A program made the translations under genes and the position numbers. A stretch of 64,000 bases of DNA, from the NCBI GenBank assembly GCA_051294375.1, contig CM119264.1:31066135-31130134 (forward strand). The letters are read 5' to 3'. This document shows positions 1 to 12,546 of the stretch, piece by piece. Every line of letters begins with the position of its first letter. Position 1 is the stretch's first letter. This DNA comes from Paraspadella gotoi. Taxonomy: Eukaryota; Animalia; Chaetognatha. Under the pieces are notes generated by a model that was given only the letters and a program-made list of their open reading frames with translations, did no database searches and was not told the DNA's origin.

Positions 1-1064
1 AACCCGTTTTAATCCCTCTCTCTCTTTATCTCTCTCTCCTTCCTTTAGTTCAGGCCAACTTTAGTTTAGGCCCATTTTTCTCCCCCCCCCCTCCAAAGTT
101 TATCCTTTTTGATTTGGTTCTCCCTCAATGCCACTAACCTCGTCTTTTCTTGGTCGTCCTTTTTGTCGTCGTCGTCCTTCGTCTCCTGGTCAATCTGTCG
201 ATCACATTGTTTCTATTTCTCCCTTTGATTTTCTGTCTCCTTCGCCGACGGGCTGACAATTTTTTTTTTTACAATTGCCCAAGAGGTTTTGAAGAAAGGG
301 CTGACTCTCTCTCTCTCTCTTTAATCTCTTTTTTTTGGGGGGAATGGGGGCGGGGGGGGGCTGAACCTGCTACGAGACGTCGTGTCGTCAGATGGATTTT
401 ATGAAAAGACTTTGTCTCGATCTGAGAATTAAGAAGGAAACCAGAGGGGGGGGGGATCTGTGAGAGAGAAAGAGAGAAAGAAAGGAATCATAAGAACTTG
501 AGGGAAAGAGAGAGAGAACAAGAAAGACCTCAAACCGAGAGAGAACAAGAGCGAGAGTGACCCGAGAACGAGAGAGACCGAGAGAGAAAACTGGGGGGAG
601 AAAGACCTTAGACCAAGAGAGAGGCCGAGAGAGAGAGAGAGAGAGAGAGAGACCTTAGACCGAGGGACCAAGAGGGATGGAGAGAGAGACACACACAGAG
701 AATTCGTGGGCTAATTTTTTTTTTTGGTAGAAAAGGTGACGGGGGGATACATTAGCGAAAAGAAAGAGGAAAGTTAAAGGTGGCCTTCTGACATGTTTAA
801 AGAGTGAAATCCGGATTTAAAAATCTGGAGAGGCGTACTTGTGAGAATTAGGTTTTAAACGTATAAAATATAATACAGATGATAGAAGGTAGAATTTATA
901 AAAATTATACCATGTCTATGGTTTTCGAATATATGTAAAATATTTATAGAATTGGGACCATAAAAGATATATATAAGAACATAGAATGTAAAAAACAGAG
1001 AAATAGAATTAACAAAATAGAAATAAAAATATACAACATAAATATATAATAATGATAATGATAA

Positions 1065-1205
1065 TCCTTTCTTTTCGTTGTTATTTAATATTGAGAGAAA
1101 ACAAAGCATCAGCATGATGAAGACTCGAACCCAAAGAGTCGAAACATGTCCGTCTATTAAAATAAATCGTTGTCACAAATTCAAAAACACTTTTTCTCTC
1201 AACAT
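1065..1205. mobile_element. Short Penelope-like foldback remnant with a hammerhead motif
   Basis: Begins tcctttcttttcgttg (same as 12421); has gagagaaaa...tttttctctc inverted ends; contains (A)TGATGA-a-GACTC-loop-GAGTC-GAAACATGTC. Confidence 0.6.
1111..1155 (+). ncRNA. Minimal type I hammerhead ribozyme motif (C3 changed to A)
   Basis: atgatga a gactc gaacccaaa gagtc gaaac atgt c: core boxes, perfect 5-bp stem II, palindromic ACATGT stem III, GUC cleavage triplet. Confidence 0.6.
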
Positions 1206-1959
1206 AAAAATAAAAAATAAGAATTTTTACCTTAAGTTTTAGACTTTTTCTTAGCTGATAATAATAATGATCGCGCTATAGACAATAGAGTGGAGCACTC
1301 GAGAACAAAAAATTTATTTGAATGATCGAACAATGATATTTAGATGTGAGATAGTATGATTAATTAGTACAAAAAATATTTTGTTCATATTTTCTCGGGA
1401 ACAGAATAGTAAAATATAATATATTTGTAGTAATATCCTTATAAAATAGTAAATTTTAAAAATAATTTTTATAAAACTTTTAATAAAGATTCAGATTCTT
1501 CATAAAAAGTTGAATCAAAAATATAAAACATGTTATCAAAAATTATATCATCTTCAATGTTTAAAATAAGAAAAAAGGTGAAAATTCCTAACTTTTTTAT
1601 TCTCTGTAATAGAAACTTATATATGTTAAAACGTTTTAATGATTTTTTGTGATCTAAACATTAAAATATCATATAACATATTTTATAAAAGTTTCTTAGT
1701 TTTTTACAGCGAATCCAAATCGGTTCTTAAAAATAAAAAAAATTTATTTTGAAATTTGATGATTTTATAAGGATATTACTACATAAATAATTGAACTTGC
1801 TATACTGTTATGCTAAAAAAAATTTTAAAAGGATTTAAAATTCATTAATTATATGTCCATAGGCAGCAAAAAAATAATGTTCAATCACTCAATCTTTTCA
1901 TCACTCCACCCTAATAGACAATAGATGATTAGCCTTTCATTCGTGCCGTCTCTTCCCAG

Positions 1960-4900
1960 TGTATTTGCCGTCCTACATGAAAGGGGACGAAACCTGCTTG
2001 GTCTGCGACGACTTCGCCACTGGAAATCACTACAGCGCCCTCAGCTGCGAGGGCTGCAAGGTCAGTATGGAGTTAGACCAGGAAAGCTGCTTGATCGTTG
2101 CCCGATTGCTTACGACGTTTTTAGTTTCAGTGTGTCTAGTGAGTATATTTGCATAATTGTTGGGTATATTTTCATATTTGTTTATCCACATATTATTAGA
2201 TAGATACAGAATAGTAAATATATATAGTAGGTTTTTTTAAGCAGTATAACTTGAATTAAACCATAACTAATTTTTTTTAAAAAAATTTACGCATCTTTTC
2301 AGAGTTTTTTAGAATTTTTAGTATTCCAAATTACACACGCAATTTTTAGGGAAGATAGGTTAGGCGTTGCATAAATGAAAAAAATATTACCACTTTTTTA
2401 AAAATCTATCAGACAAATTCAAATTGACAAAGAGTCAACCACCCTGAGCCTCTGAATTACAACTCTTCGACTACCTATCATTCCATGCGTAATTTTTTCA
2501 ACGTTTTCATCAATCATTAATAATTAAATCTCGGCATCATCCATTTCAGCTCTCAGCTTATAATTTCTCCTCCAGTTAAATACAGTTCTGTTAGAGGCTT
2601 TATTTAATAATTATCAATTTATTTATACCTTTTCGTAATCAGGGCTTCTTCCGTCGCGCCAACCAGAAGAAATCGCGTTACGTCTGCAAGTTAACCAAAA
2701 ATTGTACCATCTCGAAGTCGAACCGTAACAATTGCCAATTCTGTCGCCTTGAGAGATGTCTCAGGGCCGGGATGAAGCCCGACAGTGAGTTTGGGGTGGA
2801 CCCGGGATAGAGATGGGAGGGGAAGTGGGAGGAAGGAGGGAATTGAGGGAGAAAAGAGGAGGAGATAGGTAAAGGAGAAAAGAGGAAAGTAGAGAGAAGG
2901 GAAAGAAAGGTGAGGAAAGCAACGGAATTAAAGAAAATGGAACTAAAAGGAGGGAAATAAGGGTGGGAAAGATAAAGAAAGAAAGGAAGGGAAAAGGGAA
3001 GGAAATAAAAAAAAGGAGGGAAAAAAAGAAAGGGAAGGAAAGGGAAAGTAAAAAGGTCAATGGAGACGGAAGTGGAACGGGAGGGGGAAAAAAGAGAAAT
3101 AATGACTGAGGAATTCTTCCATAACTCCCTCCCCCTTCAATCCCTTCAACACCCCACAAGGCGTCCTCGACGATAATCGCCGTCGACAGCAACGTGAAGT
3201 CATCGCCGCGAATCGAGAGAGAAAGAAAGCGGAGAGGGAGGCCGAAGAAGCCAGGAAGAATATGGTAAAGCTGGAAGAGCTCGAGCTCTTTATTCAATGC
3301 CGAGATGAAGACGCTTTTTCGAGGGTGAGTTAGCTCAACCTGATGGCCTGAGTTAGGTAGCATTATTGATTACCAATTCCAGATTTTGTAGTCAAGTTAA
3401 AAAAAGACGAAGGCCTGAGTTTAGTTTAGCATCTGATTACTATTCATTACCGTGTCCCAATTTCGAAGGTAAGTTGTAGCTGCTCGTAATTCATTACCAT
3501 TGTCGATGAGGCGCAAAGTGGGCTGAAGAGTTCTATGCGCAACTCCCCATAGAACGGGTCATGGGCTTGAATACAGGCTTGAGGGTTTTTTACGCCCCAA
3601 GGCGGTTTACGGCCGTTCTCGCGCTTCAAGCAGGGTAGGTACCATTTGGGGTCGATCCATGTACCTTAAGGTCATTAGCTGCTGTTATTACTCAATGAGC
3701 TACCGGGTCATGACTGAAAGTGTCATGCTCTTAGTCGGTTTGAACTTATAGCCATGCCCAACTACACCATGTCCTTATTTGGAAGATTGAGGCTGATGCT
3801 GAAGTCCCAATTTCGTAGGTTAATTAATAGAGGTGGAGGTATAAGTTGACAAGGTAGTGAACAAGCTCTGATTTAGCAGATAATTAAATGTAGGTGAAAA
3901 CAATCAGGTGAATTTCAATCTTCTATCAAACGTGAAACGGCCTCTTAAAACGATACAAATAACTTTCATTTGTAAAGTTACAATATTACAATTAAATAGC
4001 AAAATATTATTAAAAAACCTAAATCAGTGATTTACTTTATAAAAAGTCTCCCTAAAGTAGTAATATAACTTATATATTATAAGCAGCTAAAGATTCTCTA
4101 TTCAGTCTGGATTCCGAAGGTATGTGAGATGTATCATCGTGGTGATAGAAAAATAACAGACTTGCTGAAAGAAACGCGTGTTGAACTTTTTGGTTTGGTA
4201 ATTTCCCATCGCTTATGAATTGTAGTAAGGCCGTGTTTTAGGATACAGAGAAATATATTAGATTTTAAATTTACTATTTTTATGAAGAGTAAATTTAATA
4301 AATGATTTCTCTTTTCTCCTCCGCAGCCCCATCCGACTCCCAGTGCCGCGACTCCGACTTACCACATGTCGTTTCCCGGAGTCTCCAACATGTCGCTCGG
4401 CGCCCCGCGCCCTCCTCTCGCTCAGGCCCCTTATGCGGGGACCCATTTCATCGGTGCTCCGGAGTCGTCTTCCGTCTCGAGTCTCTGCGCCTCTATCGGA
4501 ACGGCGCTCGTTATCGCTGGCGCCGCATCCTCTTCTACTTCATCTGCTGGTATCGCCACGGTGCTGAAAGATGTTTATCAGAAGTGCAGACCGATCATGA
4601 AGGGTTTGCCCATGGCCGGGGTGAGTTTTAAATTTTGAATTAGATGAAAATTAATGAAAGCGATTTAGAACCAAAGTAATGAACGATATATCTTTGGCTC
4701 TCTTTTCCAAAAGCGATTTAGAACCAAAATATTGAACGATCTATCTTTGGCTCTCTTTTCCAAAAGCGATTTAGAACCAAAGTAATGAACGAGCTATCTT
4801 TAGCTCTCTTTTCTAAAAGTGATTTAGAACCAAAGTAATGAACGAGCTATCTTTGGCTCTCTTTTTTAAAAGCGATTTAGAACCAAAGTAATGAACGATC

Positions 4901-7900
4901 TATCTTTGGCTCTCTTTTCTAAAAGCGATTTAGAACCAAAGTAATGAACGAGCTATCTTTGGCTCTCTTTTCTAAAAGCAATTTAGAACCAAAATATTGA
5001 ACGATCTATCTTTGTCTCTTTTCTCCCATTCCTATTTCTTAATACTTACAAAACCTGTAACCCTCTTCCTCCCTTCCCTTCCTCTTTTCTCCCTCTTTCC
5101 TCCCCCCCCCCAGACCTCCTTCTCCATCGCGGCCTTCCAACTGACCGACCAACTCTGCACAACCGCCGGCGACGCTCTTCGCCTGATGGACGAGTTGCCA
5201 ATCGCCCACAACGTGACGCGAGCGGATAAGCGCCTGTTGGCTCGTCGGGCTGCGCTGGAAATGACGTCTTATCAGGCGATGGCGCACGGATATTACGACG
5301 CTTTAAACAACATAGTGACGCTGACGAGCGGGATCTTGCTCGTGGGGTAAGCAGGAGTTTTTGGCGCTGTACTGATGTATGCTTAATAAGGCGTAGTAAA
5401 ATTTCTAAATTTAACTTTAATTAAGATTCTAAAAGTGAAGAACGAACAGCATTATACTAATGAACATTTATATAATAAAAAAAATTATAATCAATTTTAC
5501 AATTTATGCAGTAGGCCATTTTTATATTAGTACTAAACCAATAAATGTTAAAATTTCAAAACAGTTTTTTTTAATATTTTTTTGCAGATTTGGATTCGTC
5601 ATAAAAAGTTAATATAAAGAAATATAACTCTTTTTGAAAAATTCCTTCATTAAGTGGGTCAAAAATTAAAAAAAGCTATATTTTAAGCTGAAAATTAACT
5701 TTTTATATATTAAATATAGTTTTTTTAGTTTTTAACCCACTTAATGAAAGAATTTTTAAAAATGATTTATATTTTCTTTTATCAACTTTTCTGCAATCAA
5801 AATTAAAAAAAGCCTATTTTGAAATTTTTCGATTTTATAAGGATAGTACTATATATAAATATAGCCTACTGCGAAAATTAAAAAGCATAAAATTACTTTT
5901 TTTTACAAATTAATGTTCACTGATGGTATGTTGTTCATAATTGACTTTTAGAATTTTCGTATGTAACTTTCACTACGCCTTAATGCTTAACTCGGGTCCC
6001 CAGTTATTCTTTTTCTTTTTATTCCTCTTTTCTAATCTTTTTCTAATCTCTACCATTCCCTCCTCTTCCTCCTTTCCCTCCCAAAAGTCCCGAACTGGAC
6101 ATGAAGGCCGGCGCTGGAGTCGAGGTGGCCGCCCTCCGTCTCAAACCCGTCGTCAAGTTGGCTCAAGAATTCTACGAATTTTCTGTTTCTTTAAGATTGA
6201 ATCCAGAGGTCGTTGCTCCGTTCATCGTCACTATGCTCATCGCTAATCCTGGTAAGATTGATTGATTTATTATTAATTGTTAATTATTAATTCCTAGTTC
6301 TTGAATTTCTGCATTTATTTGCTGTTAAATTTATTACGATTCTCTCTTCACGCATTTTCGATGTCTTTTTTTTTTTATGCTTTCTTGACTGCAGAGGACG
6401 CTGCTTATCGCGAATATTGATTTCTTTCCGAGGTTGTCCTTTTGTTGAGGGTTTGATTTTTCTCACTAGTTAATCGCTAACTCTATCTGTTACTAATCAT
6501 TTATCACCACCTCTGTTTAAATATACTAATTAAACATTTTTGGTCGCCTGGTCCTATTTGTATTAATTAATGACGTTTATTTCTACTTTTCCTTTTTTTC
6601 CTTTCTTATCTCCCCATCCTTTCTCCATAATTTGTTTTTTCCTCCTCCTCCTCCTCCTCCTCCTCCCCGATTCCCCGCTAACCCTTCCTATCCACTCCCT
6701 TCTCTCCTCACCCTTTCCTTCTTCCTTCCCCTACCCCCTTCTCCTCACCCTTCCTTCTTCCTTCCCCTACCCCCTTCTCTCCTCACCCTTTCCTTCTTCC
6801 TTCCCTACCCCCTTCTCTCCTCACCCTTTCCTTCTTCTTCCCTACCCCATCTCTCCTCACCTTTCCTTCTTCCTTCCCTACCCCCATCTCTCCTCACCCT
6901 TTCCTTCTTCCTTCCCCTACCCCTTCTCTCCTCACCCTTTCCTTCTCTTCCCCTACCCTTTCTCCCCCCCCCCAGATCGCCGCGGTCTGGAAAACCCTTC
7001 GGCCGTGATGTCCTCAATTTGAGGGCGGAGCGTCTGCTCGTCGACTTCTCGGGTCAGTTCCTTCAAATTTCCGCGACTCTGAGGAAAATCGTGAAGGAGT
7101 TCGACTTCTACTCCGACTTTTTGGGTGAGGATCTCGGGTTGTGAAAGATGTGAAACATTTTTTTGGGTGAGGATCTCGGGTTGTGAAAGATGTGAAACAT
7201 TTTTTTGGGTGAGGATCTCGGGTTGTGAAAGATGTGATATATTTTTTTTTAGAAATATTTATATAAATTCGTTGATAGGGAAGCCAGGTACTTTGGGAGT
7301 GAATTTAAACGAGACTGTGAGAGAGTCTTGATTGAAAGCTTGCAGGGACCCGCTATGTCATTATCTTGTAAGAGAGTCTTAATTTAAAGCTTGCAGGGAC
7401 CCGCTATGTCATTATCTTGTAAGAGTCTTAATTTAAAGCTTGCAGGGACCCGCTATGTCATTATCTTGTAAGAGAGATGGCCTTAATTCACCAAAGTTAG
7501 GGGCAAGATAGCTTATTTAATATTTATTAAATGAATGGATAATTTTATGTTGGTTCTACCGATTTCACGTCGGAGTATTGGTCAAGGTGAGAGTGAGGGA
7601 GTATTGTAAAATTAGTGAAGCTTATCTTTTCAATTTAATGAAACTGAATAATGGAAATCCAAATAACTTTTAGCTAAAGCTTGTCTTCAGTTACAATTGT
7701 CAAAAATAAAAATTTTTAATAAGCAATAAACACTTATTAATTCTTTTTAATTGATAAACTTTAATAATTAATTTAAGAATTTAATCTAATACTTAGTGAA
7801 ATATATTAAACTTTTACATTCCTTTTGAAATTTAATCTAATTTAGTCTAATATAGTAAAACAAGCAATCTTGGAATTTTTCATTATTTAAATTGAAGAAT

Positions 7901-9039
7901 AACAAAACTCGATCTCATTTGAAATGAACCACAAATTTTTCTGCTACAATAATCGTTTAAATTAATGATGATTTTATTGTCCCTCGCATTTTTCAGATCA
8001 TCTAGACGGTAAAACCCCCGTCCCCTTAACCACGATCGATACCATCGCCAAAACCATCTTTACCACTTCAGCCACCACCAACTCCATCACCACTCAGACG
8101 GTCACCACCCCTTCCATTTCTGTCGACCCTCCTCGTCTCTCCACCAATCAGGCTTCGCTCTCAGGAGCCAATCAGGCGATGAGCTTCGGCTCCGCCTCTC
8201 AGCCAGACGCCACCGCGTGTAACATCACCTCGTCTCACGCCACGCTTTCTAACGTCGCTCCTTACGCCAATCCGCGCCCTTACGCCAACCAAGTACCCAG
8301 TGGACAAAGCGTCAATTCCAATTTTTTGTCCACCTCTTTCCTTGGTTCCCTTCCTCCTCCTCCTCCTCCCTTTCCTCTTCCTCCATGCAGCGCCTTCTCT
8401 TCTCTCTGCATTTCTTCTCCCACCAAGCAATCCACCAAGCAATCGGACAAGCAATCAACCATCAAAACCAAACAAAATGACTCTACTTCCGGTTTCGGTA
8501 TATCCGGTTTACCCACCTCCGCTTTACCCACGTCTGCTTATCCTACTTCCGGTTTACCCACTCCTGCTTATCCTACTTCCGGTTTACCCACTCCTGCTTA
8601 TCCTACTTCCGGTTTACCCACTCCTGCTTATCCTACTTCCGGTTTACCCACTCCTGCTTATCCTACTTCCGGTTTACCCACTCCTGCTTATCCTACTTCC
8701 GGTTTTTTTTCTCGCTTCAATCTTTCGGCTCCGATTTCTGCATCTTCCTTTTTCAGCCAAATCGCTCCCCCAACTATGTCATCTGCTCCTCAATTCGCTC
8801 CCCCAACTATGTCATCTGCTCCTCGAATTGCGCCCTCTAAAGTTAATCCACAAATTCCTCCACTAGCATTTGCGACTGATCTTCAAATAGCTCCTCCTAC
8901 TATCTCAAATGCCCCACAAATAGCTCCATCGACCACGCTGAATGCTCCTCACACTTCCTCGCATCAGCTCCATTTGGGTTTTTCTTCGATGGAACCAGAT
9001 TCGACTTGTTCGTCGTCTAGGTCGTTGCCCGAAAAGTAG
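1960..9039 (+). CDS. TR: Thyroid hormone receptor-like nuclear receptor (NR1A), divergent LBD; 5' exon(s) not identified; apparent frameshift in exon 6976-7124
   Basis: GT-AG exons in consistent phase: 1960-2060, 2643-2784, 3161-3324, 4327-4620, 5114-5346, 6088-6251, 6976-7124, 7997-9039. Translation [33 protein letters not shown]|[47 protein letters not shown]|[23 protein letters not shown] gives two C4 zinc fingers with P-box CEGCKG, the TR N-terminal signature (YIPSY[L/M]-like) and a TR-type T/A box (cf. [21 protein letters not shown]). Later exons give LBD-like helices ([19 protein letters not shown]; LIANP|DRRGLENP). Confidence 0.82.
3454..3820 (-). mobile_element. SINE-like retroposed insertion in a TR intron, with 17-bp target-site duplication
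   Basis: Direct repeats gtcccaatttcgaaggt (3454-3470) and gtcccaatttcgtaggt (3804-3820) flank a GC-richer insert; the minus strand carries A-box-like tggtgtagttgg and B-box-like gttcaaacc. Confidence 0.55.
4657..5012. repeat. 53-bp intronic minisatellite, ~6.5 copies
   Basis: Unit aaagcgatttagaaccaaagtaatgaacgagctatctttggctctcttttcta; cgattta recurs at 4661, 4714, 4767 and onward. Confidence 0.9.
5387..5982. mobile_element. Foldback MITE with 8-bp target-site duplication
   Basis: Ends taaggcgtagt.../...actacgcctta; internal inverted matches (gcagtaggc/gcctactgc; ttcattaagtgggt/acccacttaatgaa); atgcttaa flanks both sides (5379-5386, 5983-5990). Confidence 0.75.
7118..7240. repeat. 42-bp tandem triplication that includes a TR splice donor
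   Basis: gggtgaggatctcgggttgtgaaagatgtga at 7123, 7165 and 7207. Confidence 0.9.
7272..7560 (+). repeat. Dispersed repeat family of ~150-290 bp (unclassified)
   Basis: ttgatagggaagcc...gagagtcttgatt..aagcttg...ggggcaagatagctta...aatgaatg also at ~22831-22973, 54001-54168, 61237-61375, 63473-63635 and inverted at ~63895-64000; this copy has an internal ~50-bp triplication. Confidence 0.8.
8506..8703 (+). repeat. 30-bp coding minisatellite encoding ([10 protein letters not shown])n
   Basis: ggtttacccactcctgcttatcctacttcc repeated perfectly 5 times (8551-8700), preceded by degenerate units. Confidence 0.95.
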
Positions 9040-9709
9040 GTGGCCTGCTGCATTAATGCCGTTTGCTGGCTTCTGGCATTGTGGCCGTTTGCTGGCATCT
9101 GGTATTAATGCCGTTTTAGGCTTCTGGTATTGATGCAAAAGTTACTAGCTTTGCTCACTCAATTCTCAGATGAACTAAGTTATGTTTTTTTCGCTTACTA
9201 AATTTTTTATAATTTAAAGAATTTATTTTATTGATGTGCAAATTTTTGTACAGTTCAAAATTTTTTAAAAATAATTGGTTTTCTTAAAAATCAATGTATT
9301 GTGATTGGTTTTATGTGCATTTACGTTTAATTTTTTAACAGAATATGAAAGCTTGTTTTGGTATAACTCACGCAACAACAAAAATATTTATCCTTTGAAC
9401 AAAATTGTAATTCAATAGAAAAGATACGACGAATGCAGATTAATAATAATAAAACTTATTTGAATCAATATTTGAATACATCTGTCTCCCTGTGTACAAT
9501 ACACCAAATAGTTATATCTACAAAAATCGTTCAACAGATGTTTCGTATCTTTCGTTATTAATCAATTGGGTTTTCATCTTCCTATTACTTTTCACTAAGG
9601 AACACTAAAAAGAATTCTTTGAAACGCCGCGCTATTTCTTATCCCGAGCTATTATTAGATTTTAAGATTCTTATAATGGTTCATTTGGCATGCATTCAAA
9701 ACATATCTA

Positions 9710-11359
9710 CAAGGTGACACACGACAGCCTGCCGCTAAAAAAAATCGTCATTTGCAAGCTTGTGAAGATTTTTTCTGTTGTAAAAACCTAAATCATTTAT
9801 ATATCCAAATTTTATATTGATTACTTTTGCTTTGGCAATGAGCGAAGAAAAGTTGCCTCCAAAATCGTGTTTCATTTTAAAACTCTTTTTTTTTCTTCAA
9901 TCAGTTTGTTTAACTTTTTAAACATCTTCGGAGGCCTGGGTTCCAATCTCACCGCTGCCACCCCACTTAAGTAAGTAGACAGAGATTTCAACATGAAACC
10001 AAAGTGGATTTATTTCTCAATATCAGAAGGCAAAGAAAGGTGTGAGATACAATCGGTATTTATTCATTGCAATCGGATAATCGACACGGGCTCTCTTTCC
10101 CGATAGCATGAAGCCCCTCTACTCATTGGTCCATTTCGATGCCGACTCAACCAATCAGAGTCCTTGGTTGATTTCACCCGAGTCGCCGATCCGGTTTGAT
10201 TCCTATTTAATTCCAATTTGATTTCGATTCCGTTTCTTGATTCCGATTCAACCTTCGATGATATAAAAAGGTATCAATATTAATATCTTAATATTTTAAT
10301 ATTAAAATTAGCCTATACAGCTTTAGGTAATCAAAATTCAAACATTTATTAAATTAAAAATTCTTAAAGAGCAGTTTTGGAACAATAATTATTAAATTAT
10401 TGTAAGCCATTTTAATTTAGTTTTTTTTTCAAGCTTTTTTATGATACCTACCCCCGTGTCCATTCGCAATTGACACCAAAAAATCTTTACTATAGTTTAA
10501 ATATTTAAAATTGGCAAAAAAAGACTATTTTAGCCTAAAATTTAGGCATGTTCTTGATTGAATTTAAAAAAAAATTATATCATAAGTAATCCCTATAATT
10601 ATTTTATATTGTAAGGATTCCCGGATAAATCTTAATTTAATGGTATAAATGAATTTTAATAATTTTAAGTAATTAATGAATAATTTATTTATAATGATTT
10701 TCTTTTTTTTAAAAGATTCAGTTTTTTACTGAAGATGAAATTAAATGACCTTTAAAGAAAGGTTGTTTTACTTAAGTAAATATCAAATTAATCGTATGAA
10801 ATTAAAATATAATAAACGTCCAGTACTTAGTTATAGAATGAGGAAAGAATATTTAAAAAATATTTATCCAATGAGAAATGGTACTCATTTTTTTGGTGTC
10901 ACTCGCGAACGGACAAGGGTATATAAACAATTGGTGAGATCATTATAGTGAAAATAGGTCAGATATTTGTAAAAATATATTTTAGGATTTTGTTATTTCA
11001 ATTTGGATTATCTTGATTAAACTAAAGCTAGTTAGGCTTATTTTTATGTTATTTTCTTCAAATTTTCAAGAGCTTTCAGAAGATATTAATATTGATACCT
11101 TTTTATATAAAAGTTCTGTAAAAAATGTTTATAAATTTAGACAAAAAGATTATAAAAAAAATTTGCCTTAAAATGAAAGACGATTTTTAAAGAAACCTTT
11201 TCCCGGTCATTTCCAAGTCAAATCATAACCAATCAATATGAAATTTGGATATATAAATGAATTAGGTTTTTACTACAGAAATAATCTTTCAGATTAAAAA
11301 AATCTCTACAAGTTTGTAAATGACGTTTTTTTAGCGGCGGGCTGTCGTGTGTCATCTTG
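9710..11359. mobile_element. Non-autonomous DNA transposon with ~60-bp TIRs and TA flanks (Tc1/mariner-type)
   Basis: ta|caaggtgacacacgacagcctgccgctaaaaa...cgtcatttgcaagcttgt versus acaagtttgtaaatgacgtttttttagcggcgggctgtcgtgtgtcatcttg|ta; no transposase ORF inside. Confidence 0.8.
10450..10921. mobile_element. MITE nested inside the 9710-11359 element
   Basis: TIRs cccccgtgtccattcgcaattgacaccaaaaa / tttttggtgtcactcgcgaacggacaagggta; the same family occurs at 14455-16031 in the opposite orientation. Confidence 0.75.
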
Positions 11360-12501
11360 TATTAATTGTTCATTTCTTCCGGCAATATGTCCTCCTGTTC
11401 CTTTCAGACACTGAAAAACCCTGGTTCTATTAGGAACCAATTACGAACCAATTAATACAAAATGTGATGAATCTTGTGTAAATACTCGTACATTATCTGT
11501 GTTTCACTATCTTCAGCATTTTCTCCAAATTCATCACGAATTAAAAGAAAAATAACCTAAAATTGGTTCGTTACTATTTCATCAAGTATATTTTGTTATC
11601 TTTAGAAAATGCGCACGATTACGCCCCCCCCAAAAAAACAAGAATTTGGCATAATTTGATTATAATAAAATCTATCCGATTTTTTCTTTTTTTCATTTCA
11701 TTTTACTTTATTTATCTTTTTTTTTTTTTTGTGAATCCAATCAATAATCGTACGGACCGGAAAATTCAAAGTCTAAGTGAGACGCGTCTAACCGCGAGTA
11801 ACAAGGAACTGAAGAAAAAAGAAAAGGTCATTCATAAAATGACCAAGACTAACAGAAATTAAACTATGCAAAATATTATATAACAACATCGAGATAGTTA
11901 CGTGTTTGATATTTTTTTAAACTCACCATTAGAGTATTCATTAGATTATTCATCATTATTAAAATTGTCTGCAACCCTGTTTCCCTATAAAATTTTCTGC
12001 AACCCTTTTTCCCTATTCCCCGCAACCCTCTTTCCTTATTCCCCCTCATTAGTGCGTTTTAATATATCAAAACATAGGATATCAAGCTTCATTCATCCTG
12101 ATTTTACAGTTAAAAAAAAACGTAAAAAACGAATTTAATGGTGATTTCTCTTTTTTCTCTATAATATCTTTATTGGCAGAAATAATTATTTTTATATTAA
12201 TATGTATATAATAAACTAAAATTTTATAATTTTGATACCGGATTTGACAATAATACAAACAATTTTAAAGTAGGCTTACTATAATATTTTTAAAGGTCTT
12301 TATTTTACTATTTTATAAGTTAAATTTCAATACTATAAAATTTTATTGATTTAACTTTATTTTATTTAATTTTATTAATATCTTAAGATTATCATTTCCG
12401 ACAAGAAAGATATGGTTTGATCCTTTCTTTTCGTTGTGTTTGGAAGTTTAGAGAAAACAAAGTTTTTTATTTTGTCACAAACAACGATTTTGTATTAACA
12501 T

Positions 12502-12546
12502 AAGTAGGACGTGCTTCGGCTTTATTGCAAGCCTTCATCAGCACTT
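12502..12546 (-). ncRNA. Minimal hammerhead ribozyme motif (GAAA box altered to GAAG)
   Basis: Reverse complement reads aagtg CTGATGA a ggctt gcaata aagcc GAAG cacgtc ctactt. Confidence 0.6.

Noticed and set aside
392-460. ATG-initiated short frame MDFMKRLCLDLRIKKETRGGGD as the TR first exon
   Set aside because: The donor phase does not match exon 1960 unless the G homopolymer is miscounted; no homology support.
3524-3565. CTGAAGA followed by a perfect 8-bp stem, resembling a hammerhead
   Set aside because: The stem is followed by GGGT, not the required GAAA box.
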